This document shows positions 28,062 through 37,144 of a stretch of 39,854 bases of DNA, in pieces (positions within the stretch are counted from its first letter, which is position 1; the number at the start of each line of letters is the position of its first letter). Below the pieces are notes generated by a model. The model did not search any database. It saw only the letters and a program-made list of their open reading frames with translations, and was not told where the DNA came from. Made by a program: the position numbers and the translations under genes. Source of the DNA: Pseudomonadota bacterium (GTDB taxonomy: Bacteria > Bdellovibrionota > Bdellovibrionia > Bdellovibrionales > SG-bin7); the NCBI GenBank assembly GCA_034439715.1, contig JAWXAY010000073.1, positions 1 to 39,854 of the forward strand, written 5' to 3'.

Positions 28062-29182
28062 GTCGGTTTACAGGAATGAATGTTGAAGAGAGAACATTTT
28101 TAAAAAGAATTGACTGGTGGTTTGTTATTTACATCTTGGCGCTCAATTTTATTGGACTCGTCAATCTTTTTAGCGCTACCCAAGGTGGCGCCTCTCACTT
28201 AAACCGCTTGTTTGCATTACAAATTATTTGGCTGATCTCAGGATGGTGCCTTTTCTCGATTGCCACTTTTTTTAATTATGACTGGTACCGCCGCTTTGCT
28301 CTCATCATTTACGTTATTAATCTAGGCCTTTTGGCGTTGGTTCCTTATGTCGGAAAATCTTATTACGGAGCCAAACGCTGGCTGGACCTTGGCTTCTCGA
28401 GCTTTCAACCGTCAGAAACAATGAAATTAGCCTTGATACTAATTCTTGCCAAAGTGTTATCAACTAAAAGCAAATCCGGCGGATTGGGCATAACTGATTT
28501 AATCGTTCCTCTTTTAATTGTCATGATTCCCTTCGCCCTCATTGTCAGACAACCTGACTTAGGCACCGGCCTCCTAGTTGCCGTCGTCGGATTTTCGATG
28601 ATACTTTTTGTAGGAGTTCGCCGTTATATCGTCATACTAGCTTTAATTTTAGGTTTGTTTGGTTCAGTCCTAGCTTGGAAATATGGACTTAAAGAGTATC
28701 AAAAAAATCGTATTGAAACGTTTATGGAACCTGACAAGGATCCTCGCGGCAGTGGGTACAACAGTATTCAGTCTAAAATTGCCGTCGGCAGCGGCCGCTT
28801 TTTAGGCAAGGGTTTTCGTAAAGGCACTCAAGCACAGCTCGAATTTTTGCCAGAAAGACACACCGACTTTATTTTTAGCGTTCTCAGCGAAGAACACGGC
28901 TTTGTCGGAGCACTCACAACCATCGGCCTTTTTTCAATGTTGTTTTTTCTAGCCATTCGAATTGGCTCTCAAGCCAAAGATCGTTTTGGTTCTCTCATGG
29001 TAGTGGGCTGTATCAGTTATCTCTTTGGTCATATGGCTATTAATATTGGAATGGTTATTGGCCTCTTGCCAATTGTCGGAATACCGTTACCGCTTTTGTC
29101 TTACGGCGGATCCAGTATGTTTTCGACAATGCTGTGTCTGGGTATTATTTCAAGCGTAAGTTATCGAAAATTTTTGTTTTAG
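28058..29182 (+). CDS. rodA: Rod shape-determining SEDS protein RodA
   Basis: GAKRW, QPSE, QPDLGT, PERHTDFIF, SYGGSS. Confidence 0.96.
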   Translation: MSRFTGMNVEERTFLKRIDWWFVIYILALNFIGLVNLFSATQGGASHLNRLFALQIIWLISGWCLFSIATFFNYDWYRRFALIIYVINLGLLALVPYVGKSYYGAKRWLDLGFSSFQPSETMKLALILILAKVLSTKSKSGGLGITDLIVPLLIVMIPFALIVRQPDLGTGLLVAVVGFSMILFVGVRRYIVILALILGLFGSVLAWKYGLKEYQKNRIETFMEPDKDPRGSGYNSIQSKIAVGSGRFLGKGFRKGTQAQLEFLPERHTDFIFSVLSEEHGFVGALTTIGLFSMLFFLAIRIGSQAKDRFGSLMVVGCISYLFGHMAINIGMVIGLLPIVGIPLPLLSYGGSSMFSTMLCLGIISSVSYRKFLF

Positions 29183-29340
29183 ACCAAATAAGCAATTAGT
29201 TGAGATCCAGCAACTAAAAAAAATAGCGTTATTCCCCATTTTCTCTGCTGCCAAAGCCAAATAGCCGCCACAAGGTCCGCTAACGTCAGGTAAATTGGTA
29301 CAAAGTCACACCAAACTGCGAGTGAATCGAGCCAGTAGGA
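29179..29340 (-). pseudogene. Start-less fragment of a small membrane protein gene (DUF6163-like)
   Basis: Open frame SYWLDSLAVWCDFVPIYLTLADLVAAIWLWQQRKWGITLFFLVAGSQLIAYLV* fills the trxA-rodA gap; an in-frame stop lies upstream and no start codon precedes the conserved-looking DLVAA segment. Confidence 0.45.
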
Positions 29341-29342
29341 GT

Positions 29343-29672
29343 CTAAGAAATTGAATTTTTAATCATCGTAAGAATTTCATCTTTACCGCGATTACCGACA
29401 AGCTGAGCGACTTCGCGACCATCCTTAAATAAAATGAGAGTCGGAATGCCACGTACGCCATAAGTTGAAGGAGTCTGGGGATTTTCATCTACATTCACCT
29501 TCATAATATTGATCTTTCCATTTAATTCCTGAGCAACTTCTTCTAATTTAGGTGAGAGTGCTCGACAAGGCCCACACCACTCGGCCCAAAAATCTACTAA
29601 TATTGGTGTCAGCGAACCTAGCACGTCTTTCTCAAACTGAGAATCTGATGTATCTTTTGTGAACGATCCCAT
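29343..29672 (-). CDS. trxA: Thioredoxin
   Basis: VDFWAEWCGPC, GIPTL. Confidence 0.97.
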   Translation of the reverse strand: MGSFTKDTSDSQFEKDVLGSLTPILVDFWAEWCGPCRALSPKLEEVAQELNGKINIMKVNVDENPQTPSTYGVRGIPTLILFKDGREVAQLVGNRGKDEILTMIKNSIS

Positions 29673-29767
29673 AACACCCCTCTATTAGGGGCAATCCTAA
29701 CCTACGGTATTTCTTTTGTCGACTAGACCAGACCCATTAATGCAGCGAGAAACACCGTTAGATGCCT

Positions 29768-29794
29768 TCAATTTTGAATGCTTTTTGCCGAAAT
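29768..29794 (+). promoter_or_regulatory. sigma28-like promoter
   Basis: TCAAT-N14-GCCGAAAT, 7 nt upstream of ATG 29802. Confidence 0.6.
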
Positions 29795-29801
29795 AGCATT
29801 G

Positions 29802-31730
29802 ATGAGCGCTGTCAAAAAAATCTTAGTAGTCGACGATGACAAATCAATAGGCGATGCGCTTTCGCGCGCTTTTGCCACGAAGGGATTTGCTGTTACGATT
29901 TGTGGCAAGGCTGTCGACGCTCTTGAAAAGTTAAAAGTCGATGAATTCTGTGCTATTTTTGTGGATTGCATGCTTCCTCAACTTAGCGGCGTCGACCTGG
30001 TGGCTAAAATTACAGAAGGCAACATGAGCAGCTCCCCTATCTATTTGATGAGTGGCGTCTACAAGGATAAGCGCTATATCAAAGACGCTATGATTAAGAG
30101 TCATGCTGCTGAGTTTATCACCAAACCCTTTAATCTTGAAGATGTGTTAAAACTTGTTGTCAGCACAACGACAGATAAGACTGAGCTGTCAAGGCCTCCG
30201 CTATTCCGAGTTTTTTCTGATATCAGCGCCAATTCGCGAGATATCAGGAAGGCCATCGACTCTACTGATAGCATCCACAGTTTTGATTTGCCCATTGTGT
30301 ATGGATTTCTGGTCAATAGCGGAATTGCCGGCCACCTTAATGTCGTCGAAGCCAAAGGCGATATATTTGGGATTTCTCTGCTTCCTTATAAAATAATTAG
30401 TGTTGATACCAATCACGCAAAGTCCTATCTCGGCGCTCTACTGGTTGAGAAAGGCTTCATCAATCATGAACAAGTGGATGAGACGCTTACCATGCCATCG
30501 ACAAGAAAATTAGGCACCCGCCTTGTTGAAGCCAACCTCATCAGTCCCCACGCCATTTTCGAAGTCATGGCGGATCAGCTTGCTATTCGTTTGAGTAAGA
30601 CGATTTACGACAGCTCCGTCTCCATCAACTTTAGTGAAAGTAAAGAGCTAAAAGATGGCCCTGGAATTGACAATGAAACTTTTAACGTACTCCTTCACGA
30701 CTGGATTCTTTCTAAGATTCCATTCCCGTGGCTGAAGGCTTTTTATGTGACTTGGATGGATCAAGAAATTATTTCGGGCCCGGCCTTCTCGCTCCTCACA
30801 AAGGCCCTGCAGGCTCCGATTTACAAACGACTCCCGGGATTTGAAAAAATGTTGGTATCCGGACGAACCGTGGATCGACTTCTCACCGATGGGAATTATA
30901 ACGAAAGCGATTTTTTTGTGGCCATTCACTACCTGGCAATTTTAAGAGTTATTTGCTTTGGAGCACGCGATGAAATCAAAGATTACGACGCGATTCGCGC
31001 CCGTCTCAATCGGGTATTAAAAGAAACCGACGGAAAAAACTACTTCGAGATTCTTAATCTTAGCAAAAATGCCAGGGAATCAGAAATCAAAAATGCTTAT
31101 TATGAATTGGCAAAGATTTTTCATCCAGATAAAATCCCAAAGGAAGCGCCAAAAGGAATCTTTGACCTCAATCAAAAGATTTTTTCGCTGATTTCCTCTG
31201 CCTTCAATGTCATTAAAGACGCTCCATCGCGAGAACGATATCTAAAAGAACTCGATCAGGGACGTGCTGATGAGCTCCTAAAGGCCGAAGCTATTTATGA
31301 AAGAGGCAAGGCTCTCTTGAAGGCCGGCCGAGCCACCCAGGCTCTTGAAGCCTTTGCCGAAGTAGGTAAATTTAATCTCGCTAAATCAGATCTTACTTTA
31401 TATCGTGTTTGGGCCATGCTTAAGCTCCTAGAGACAAATCGCGGCTCTGCCGACATTAAAAAAATTGAACAGCAGTTAGAGCAAATTCCGCCTGAAGATC
31501 GACATGATGCGATTTATCATTTTGTAAAAGGGTTGTTTCAAAAACAAATAGGTCGCACTGATGTTGCAAGAGGATTATTTGAGCGCGCCATTGCAGTAGA
31601 TCCTCAATTTATTGATGCCCGACGCGAACTCAATGTTTTACGGCTAAAAAACGAAACTCAAAAAATTGATATCTGGAAGAGTGACCTCAAAGATATTGTC
31701 GGACTTTTGTTTAAATCGAAAAAGAAATAA
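29802..31730 (+). CDS. Receiver + DUF4388-like + DnaJ (J-domain) + TPR multidomain protein
   Basis: ILVVDDD, FVDCMLP, ITKPF; LGALLVEKG..KLGTRLV; YFEILNL..IKNAYYELAKIFHPDK; C-terminal TPRs; track start 29778. Confidence 0.88.
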   Translation: MSAVKKILVVDDDKSIGDALSRAFATKGFAVTICGKAVDALEKLKVDEFCAIFVDCMLPQLSGVDLVAKITEGNMSSSPIYLMSGVYKDKRYIKDAMIKSHAAEFITKPFNLEDVLKLVVSTTTDKTELSRPPLFRVFSDISANSRDIRKAIDSTDSIHSFDLPIVYGFLVNSGIAGHLNVVEAKGDIFGISLLPYKIISVDTNHAKSYLGALLVEKGFINHEQVDETLTMPSTRKLGTRLVEANLISPHAIFEVMADQLAIRLSKTIYDSSVSINFSESKELKDGPGIDNETFNVLLHDWILSKIPFPWLKAFYVTWMDQEIISGPAFSLLTKALQAPIYKRLPGFEKMLVSGRTVDRLLTDGNYNESDFFVAIHYLAILRVICFGARDEIKDYDAIRARLNRVLKETDGKNYFEILNLSKNARESEIKNAYYELAKIFHPDKIPKEAPKGIFDLNQKIFSLISSAFNVIKDAPSRERYLKELDQGRADELLKAEAIYERGKALLKAGRATQALEAFAEVGKFNLAKSDLTLYRVWAMLKLLETNRGSADIKKIEQQLEQIPPEDRHDAIYHFVKGLFQKQIGRTDVARGLFERAIAVDPQFIDARRELNVLRLKNETQKIDIWKSDLKDIVGLLFKSKKK

Positions 31731-31740
31731 TTGTTCGTCA

Positions 31741-32376
31741 CTACTTCTGCTTAAACATTAACATTACAAACTCTTGGCGTTTTTCATCAAAATCGTCGGG
31801 CACCTTTTCTTTACGAATGTCTTCCATTTTTTTATTGATAATTTCTCGACTAATATGTGTTTGATCTGGCAGCTGAAAATTCAAAAACTTTGAATTGACA
31901 TATTTGGACGACTTTTCATGGGAAACATTCTCCTTAGACTTCACAAAGGTGTTTTCGTGACCTTCAGCCTTCGGTGCCGTACCTTTCAAAGCCTTATTAA
32001 GATTTTCGCGTAAAACTGCCGCATCGAGATGGCAATGGTGGCTCAGAAGTTCAATGACCTTTATTGGGTTAATCGGTGTTTCAACGTAACCCGAAACGTT
32101 TACGTTCATGAGATCTTGGGGTTTAAGTTTGCTGAGTGGAGAAACAACTAAAAAAATCTTGGGGCCTTCCCCCTTACCATTAATTCTTTTAGCAATTTCA
32201 ATACCACTTATTTTTTTACCTTTGGCCGTCACAAAGATCACTTCGGGACGAAAGCTCAGGTATTTGTCCATAAACGATATCTTGATCACCTCGATATCAA
32301 ATTTAAGCTTTCGCAGCAGCGATTCTAAAAACTGGCTTTCTTTGGGCTCCTCAACCACTAACATCACGCGTTTCAT
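31741..32376 (-). CDS. Atypical (pseudo-)receiver domain protein with low-complexity C-terminal tail
   Basis: Receiver-like pattern (VMLVVEE, RPEVIFVT, SGIEIAK, YVETPI) without the phosphoacceptor Asp or conserved Lys. Confidence 0.65.
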   Translation of the reverse strand: MKRVMLVVEEPKESQFLESLLRKLKFDIEVIKISFMDKYLSFRPEVIFVTAKGKKISGIEIAKRINGKGEGPKIFLVVSPLSKLKPQDLMNVNVSGYVETPINPIKVIELLSHHCHLDAAVLRENLNKALKGTAPKAEGHENTFVKSKENVSHEKSSKYVNSKFLNFQLPDQTHISREIINKKMEDIRKEKVPDDFDEKRQEFVMLMFKQK

Positions 32377-32446
32377 GCAATTAGTATCTCAGGTTGCTTG
32401 AAGGTAGGTCAACTTTCGAATTATCATAGAGATTAAGAGGTAAAGA

Positions 32447-33550
32447 TTGAATTTAACTCGAGGTCGTCTCGCATTTTTTTATATTATGAAGCAAATGGTC
32501 CCAGTTTATGCGATTGGGGTTGTGGTTTTTTTATTGATCCTCTTAATGTTTCAGGTCTTAAGGCTAACCGAGTTTGTCTTAGTGCATGGTATTGGCACTT
32601 TAAACCTAATTAACATCGTATTCTATATGTCCATAAGTTTTCTGCCCGTGATTCTACCAATGAGCCTCTTATTCACCATTCTGTTTGTCTACAACCGCCT
32701 CAGCTCCGACACCGAAGTGTTGGCCTTCCACACGCTAGGTCTCAACATTTGGCACCTGTCGCTACCGGCGCTGGTGCTCTCGATCTTTGTCAGTCTTTTT
32801 TCGTTTTGGATGAGTTTTGAAGTAGGCCCATGGGGAAACCGCAAATTTGAGGTATTGATGACAAAACTTAGTAGTTCTAAAGCTGAAGCCAATATCAAGG
32901 AAGGAACCTTTTCGGAGTTTTTTGATTTTGTTATATATGCCAACAAGGTAGACGCTAAAAGTGGAGTTCTATCAAATGTATTCCTTTTTGATGAAAGAGA
33001 CTCAGTAAACCCACTGACAATTATAGCTAAAGACGGAAGGTTTGGCAGAAACTCGACAGAATCAGAGCAACGAGGAGTATTGAAGTTGGACGACGGCAAT
33101 ATCCATCACACCAAGGGTACCGCCTACACCAAAGTAGACTTTAAAACCTACAATATTTTTCTTTCTGATCCCATCTCTATGCAATTTAAAGAAAAAACAA
33201 TACACTCAATGGCCTTTTCAGAGATCAGCAAAAATATCGAAAGCAAAAAAGATGACCTAAAATTCGTTTTGAGTCTTAAGGTGGAATATCACAAACGTAT
33301 CGCCATTTCTATCGCCTGTCTTTTATTTGCTCTGGTGGGTGTGGCCCTCGGCTCCAATATCTATCAGAGACAAGCCAGCTCCGGTGGACTGGTTGTTTGC
33401 ATCGGCCTAATTGTGCTTTATTGGATTTTGTATATTTTGGGAGAGGGATTTGCCAAGTCGGGCACGCTTCCACCATTTCTCTCAATCTGGATTGCAAATC
33501 TTGTTTTCTTGAGTTTTGGCAGTCACCGAATGTCTAAACTTGTTCAGTAA
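32447..33550 (+). CDS. lptF: LPS export ABC transporter permease, LptF/LptG family
   Basis: RLSSDTEV..G, periplasmic beta domain, EYHKRIA, six TMs. Confidence 0.85.
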   Translation: MNLTRGRLAFFYIMKQMVPVYAIGVVVFLLILLMFQVLRLTEFVLVHGIGTLNLINIVFYMSISFLPVILPMSLLFTILFVYNRLSSDTEVLAFHTLGLNIWHLSLPALVLSIFVSLFSFWMSFEVGPWGNRKFEVLMTKLSSSKAEANIKEGTFSEFFDFVIYANKVDAKSGVLSNVFLFDERDSVNPLTIIAKDGRFGRNSTESEQRGVLKLDDGNIHHTKGTAYTKVDFKTYNIFLSDPISMQFKEKTIHSMAFSEISKNIESKKDDLKFVLSLKVEYHKRIAISIACLLFALVGVALGSNIYQRQASSGGLVVCIGLIVLYWILYILGEGFAKSGTLPPFLSIWIANLVFLSFGSHRMSKLVQ

Positions 33551-33579
33551 ATTGATTCTTGTTTGAGCGTGGCACCTTT

Positions 33580-34812
33580 CTAAATAAACACTCCGGCCAA
33601 ACAAGCAGTCATAAAGGTTGCCAGGTTTCCACCGATCATAGCTTTTAGACCAAGCTTGGCAATTTCTGATTTTTTACCTGGGGCCATTAAACCAATTCCA
33701 CCAATCTGAATACCAATTGAAGAAAAATTAGCAAAGCCACAGAGGGCATAAGTCAAAATAGTCATACTGCGAGGACTAATTGATTCGCTACTGCTCGCCA
33801 AATGTAGATAAGCCACAAACTCATTAAATACTGTTTTCTCTCCTAAGAGTTTTCCAGCTACCCCTATGTCTTCCCAGGGAATTCCCATTAACATGGCAAT
33901 CGGAGAAAAGGCCCAGCCAAATATTAACTCGAGAGACAAGCCAAACAAACCGAAGAATGAATTCACAAATGCGATCAAAGCGACAAACGCCAATAACATA
34001 GCCCCCACGTTAAAGGCCAAATACATTCCCTCGCTAGCTCCTCGCGTAGCCGCTTCAAAAACATTGCTATCAATTTTTTCGCTTTCCTTAGGTAGGTCAC
34101 CCAAAGTCTCTGGTTTACTTGTTTCTGGAACCATGAGTTTTGCAATACAAAATGAGGCAGGCGCAGATAATACGCTCGCCGCTAACAAGTGACCGGCGAT
34201 ATCAGGAATCTCGCCTCGTAACATTTTGACGTAAGCGACTAACACTCCACCAGCTGTCGAAGCCATCCCAGCAATCATAATGCACAAAAGTTCGGAGCGA
34301 GTCATTTTTAGTAAGTAAGGTTTTATCACCAAGGGCGCCTCGGTCTGACCCACAAAAATATTTGCAGAATTGGCAAGCGCCTCAGCTCCGCTAATTCGCA
34401 TGGTGCGATACATGACCCAAGCCAGCGCTCGCACAATTATTTGCATGACACCCAGATGATAAAAAACTGCCAATAGGGTTGAGGTAAATACAATTGTCGG
34501 CAATATTTCGATCGCAAATACCAAACCGCCCACTTTTTCTCGCGAAGCCAGCGGACCAAATAAAAACGTCGTGCCAGCATTGGTAAAATCGATTACGGCA
34601 TTAACGACATCATTCATTTTAATAAAGATAAAATTTAGAGGACCCGACAACTCTAAGGCGGGAATGCCCACAACTAACAGAAAAAATAATACCTGCAGCC
34701 CTATTCCCCAATAGATTGTACGGTAATTAATTCTTTTGCGATCTGAAGACAATAGATAGGCAATGCCTAACATAACAAAAAAACCAAAAAGACTCAAAAC
34801 TCTCAAGTTCAT
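33580..34812 (-). CDS. nupC: Concentrative nucleoside transporter (CNT/NupC family)
   Basis: NIFVGQTEAPL, KTVFNEFVAY, ALCGFANFSSIGIQIGG. Confidence 0.95.
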   Translation of the reverse strand: MNLRVLSLFGFFVMLGIAYLLSSDRKRINYRTIYWGIGLQVLFFLLVVGIPALELSGPLNFIFIKMNDVVNAVIDFTNAGTTFLFGPLASREKVGGLVFAIEILPTIVFTSTLLAVFYHLGVMQIIVRALAWVMYRTMRISGAEALANSANIFVGQTEAPLVIKPYLLKMTRSELLCIMIAGMASTAGGVLVAYVKMLRGEIPDIAGHLLAASVLSAPASFCIAKLMVPETSKPETLGDLPKESEKIDSNVFEAATRGASEGMYLAFNVGAMLLAFVALIAFVNSFFGLFGLSLELIFGWAFSPIAMLMGIPWEDIGVAGKLLGEKTVFNEFVAYLHLASSSESISPRSMTILTYALCGFANFSSIGIQIGGIGLMAPGKKSEIAKLGLKAMIGGNLATFMTACLAGVFI

Positions 34813-35672
34813 TTGGATCCTGATAGCTCACGCATGCCACCTGGAAAATGCGCCGCATTTGAAAATCCTAAAGCTAGAAGCGCCTCAACGACTAGCCCAG
34901 ACTCTACGCCGGTTTCACCAATTACGACAACTCGCATTTCGTTCCCAATGTTTACCCCGCGAAGTTTACGTGCCACTTCAATGTTAGGCCGCCCCTTCTC
35001 ATCGATAAATTCTTTCCACTCAATGTTTATGACCCTGATGTTTGGATTGACCACACTAGGTAACGATTTCAAAAATTCCTGGGAATCACGTACATCAACG
35101 ACCAAAGATTTTGCACTCGTATTCGGCCCCGCCAACCTAAGTCTCTGAATTTCTTCCTTTTCAACAATGATTGCCTTGTTCAGTTTTGGTTTCCAGCTCG
35201 GTATGCTGGGTAATGCGATTTCCGCGGCCTTAACATGTATCCACTTTGTTTGGTCAAAATAATCTTTACTTGCAAAGTGTACGTCAGTCACCCCCAAGTA
35301 GCGTAACGTCCAGGCCAACCGACCTTCTTCGCCTTTACCATCTCTACCTTCGCCAATAACAACAATAGAACTCTCGGGACCCACACCTAAACGAGCCAGC
35401 CTACGAGCCGAATGATAGAGATCCTTAACAAGTCTCCCTTTAGTCTTGGCCCCGGAATCTGTAAATTCATCCCAACTTAAATTAATGGCCCCTGGCATAT
35501 GAGAAAGATTAAAAAGAAAGACAGATCTGGAATCGAGTAAAACCGTTTTCTCAGAAATTGAAAGCTCATAAACTACCGCTTTTGGTATTAAAGGTTTCGA
35601 ACTCTCAAAGACTTTAGTGGGCTGAGTCTCACAAGCGCCTAATAATAATAATCCCGCTAAATATTTTTTCAA
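34809..35672 (-). CDS. Tandem-rhodanese (sulfurtransferase-like) lipoprotein lacking the catalytic Cys
   Basis: TTG start overlapping the lysS stop; lipobox LLGAC; LLDSR..HMPGA, GRLAWTL..LG, VVDVR, PGGMRE; second active loop reads VIGETGVES. Confidence 0.8.
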   Translation of the reverse strand: MKKYLAGLLLLGACETQPTKVFESSKPLIPKAVVYELSISEKTVLLDSRSVFLFNLSHMPGAINLSWDEFTDSGAKTKGRLVKDLYHSARRLARLGVGPESSIVVIGEGRDGKGEEGRLAWTLRYLGVTDVHFASKDYFDQTKWIHVKAAEIALPSIPSWKPKLNKAIIVEKEEIQRLRLAGPNTSAKSLVVDVRDSQEFLKSLPSVVNPNIRVINIEWKEFIDEKGRPNIEVARKLRGVNIGNEMRVVVIGETGVESGLVVEALLALGFSNAAHFPGGMRELSGSK

Positions 35673-37144
35673 TGTTCTTTCTTCATTGTTGGAAATAAAA
35701 TAATGTCGCGAATGCTGGGGCAATCTGTAATAAGCATAATTATTCGCTCTATCCCGATACCCACTCCACCTGATGGTGGCATGCCCACATCTATGGCGTG
35801 CATAAAATTTTCATCCATCGGTTGGGCTTCTTCGTCGACCAAGCGTTTAGCTTCTTGCTCTTGAAGTCTAGCAAGTTGATCTTCGGGATCATTGAGCTCC
35901 GAATAAGCGTTGCCAAGCTCCATGCCGGCGCAAATCGGCTCAAAGCGTTCAACGAGGCGAGGGTTTTCACGATGGACTTTGGTGAGTGGCGAAATTTCTT
36001 TCGGAAAATCTTTGATGATCGTAGGATGCCAAATTTTATCTTCAACCTTTAAATCAAACAACTCCATTACCATCTCGCCATGAGTTAAGGGCTTCTCTAA
36101 TTCCGAACCAAATTCTTTGCAGACTTTAAAAAGTTCCGCCACACTTAAATTCTCCACTTCAATACCCGCAAACTCTTTAATGGCGCCGTAAACCGTCAAA
36201 CGCTTCCAGGGAGTAGTAAAATCGATCTCTTTACCTTGATAGTTGATTTTTGTAGAACCCTTTATTTTTTTAACTACGGTGGCAATTATCTCTTCAAATT
36301 GTTTCTGCTGATAATTATAGTCGGTATAGGCTTCGTACCATTCTAACATGCAAAACTCAGGGTTGTGAGTTCTGTCGATACCTTCGTTGCGAAAATTTTT
36401 TCCAATTTCATAGACTTTTTCAAACCCACCAACCACTAGTTTTTTCAAATAGAGTTCAGGACTGATTTTTAAAAAAAGCTTCATGTCGAGCGCCCGATGA
36501 TGTGTCGAAAAGGGGTGGGCGGCAGCTCCGCCATATATAGGCTGAAGCACAGGAGTTTCAACCTCTAGAAAACCTTTATCATCTAAGAATCTTCGAAACT
36601 CTCGAATTATTAATGAACGCGTTTCGAAAACTTTTCTTGAGGCTGAATCCATAATAAGATCCAAATGACGGTATCGGTATTTGGCCTCAATATCTGTCAA
36701 GCCATGATATTTTTCCGGCAGGGGCTCAAGCGTCTTGCAAAGCATTTCAATATGTCCCGCACGTATCGAGAGCTCGCCCTTTTTTGTTTTAAATACAATG
36801 CCTTCGATACCAATAAAGTCGCCGATATCAATGTTATCAAACACAATGGCATCAGGCCCATTCAACTCATCAAGCTTTAAATAAACCTGGAGGTTGCCAG
36901 TTTGATCTTGAAAATTAAAAAACGCTGCCTTGCCCATCGGTCTTTTGGTCATTAGACGGCCAGCCATTCGCACTTTGGCGCCTTCCACTTTTTCTTCCGC
37001 GCTGAGCTTGGTTTCATAGAGCTCAATAATTTCACTCACCCTGTGCGTTCGTTCAAATGAATAGGGGTAGGGATTAATTTTTGCGGCTCTAAGAGCATCA
37101 AGTTTTTTTCGTTTTTCGGCACGTAGCGGATTTTCTTGCGACAT
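35669..37144 (-). CDS. lysS: Lysyl-tRNA synthetase (class II)
   Basis: OB domain; GGAAAHPF, SPELYLK, FRNEGIDRTHNPEF, ERFE, GMPPSGGVGIGIER. Confidence 0.98.
   Translation of the reverse strand: MSQENPLRAEKRKKLDALRAAKINPYPYSFERTHRVSEIIELYETKLSAEEKVEGAKVRMAGRLMTKRPMGKAAFFNFQDQTGNLQVYLKLDELNGPDAIVFDNIDIGDFIGIEGIVFKTKKGELSIRAGHIEMLCKTLEPLPEKYHGLTDIEAKYRYRHLDLIMDSASRKVFETRSLIIREFRRFLDDKGFLEVETPVLQPIYGGAAAHPFSTHHRALDMKLFLKISPELYLKKLVVGGFEKVYEIGKNFRNEGIDRTHNPEFCMLEWYEAYTDYNYQQKQFEEIIATVVKKIKGSTKINYQGKEIDFTTPWKRLTVYGAIKEFAGIEVENLSVAELFKVCKEFGSELEKPLTHGEMVMELFDLKVEDKIWHPTIIKDFPKEISPLTKVHRENPRLVERFEPICAGMELGNAYSELNDPEDQLARLQEQEAKRLVDEEAQPMDENFMHAIDVGMPPSGGVGIGIERIIMLITDCPSIRDIILFPTMKKEH

Noticed and set aside
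32447..33550. lptF-like gene without an adjacent lptG
   Set aside because: Split lptF/lptG loci are unremarkable and the partner may lie elsewhere
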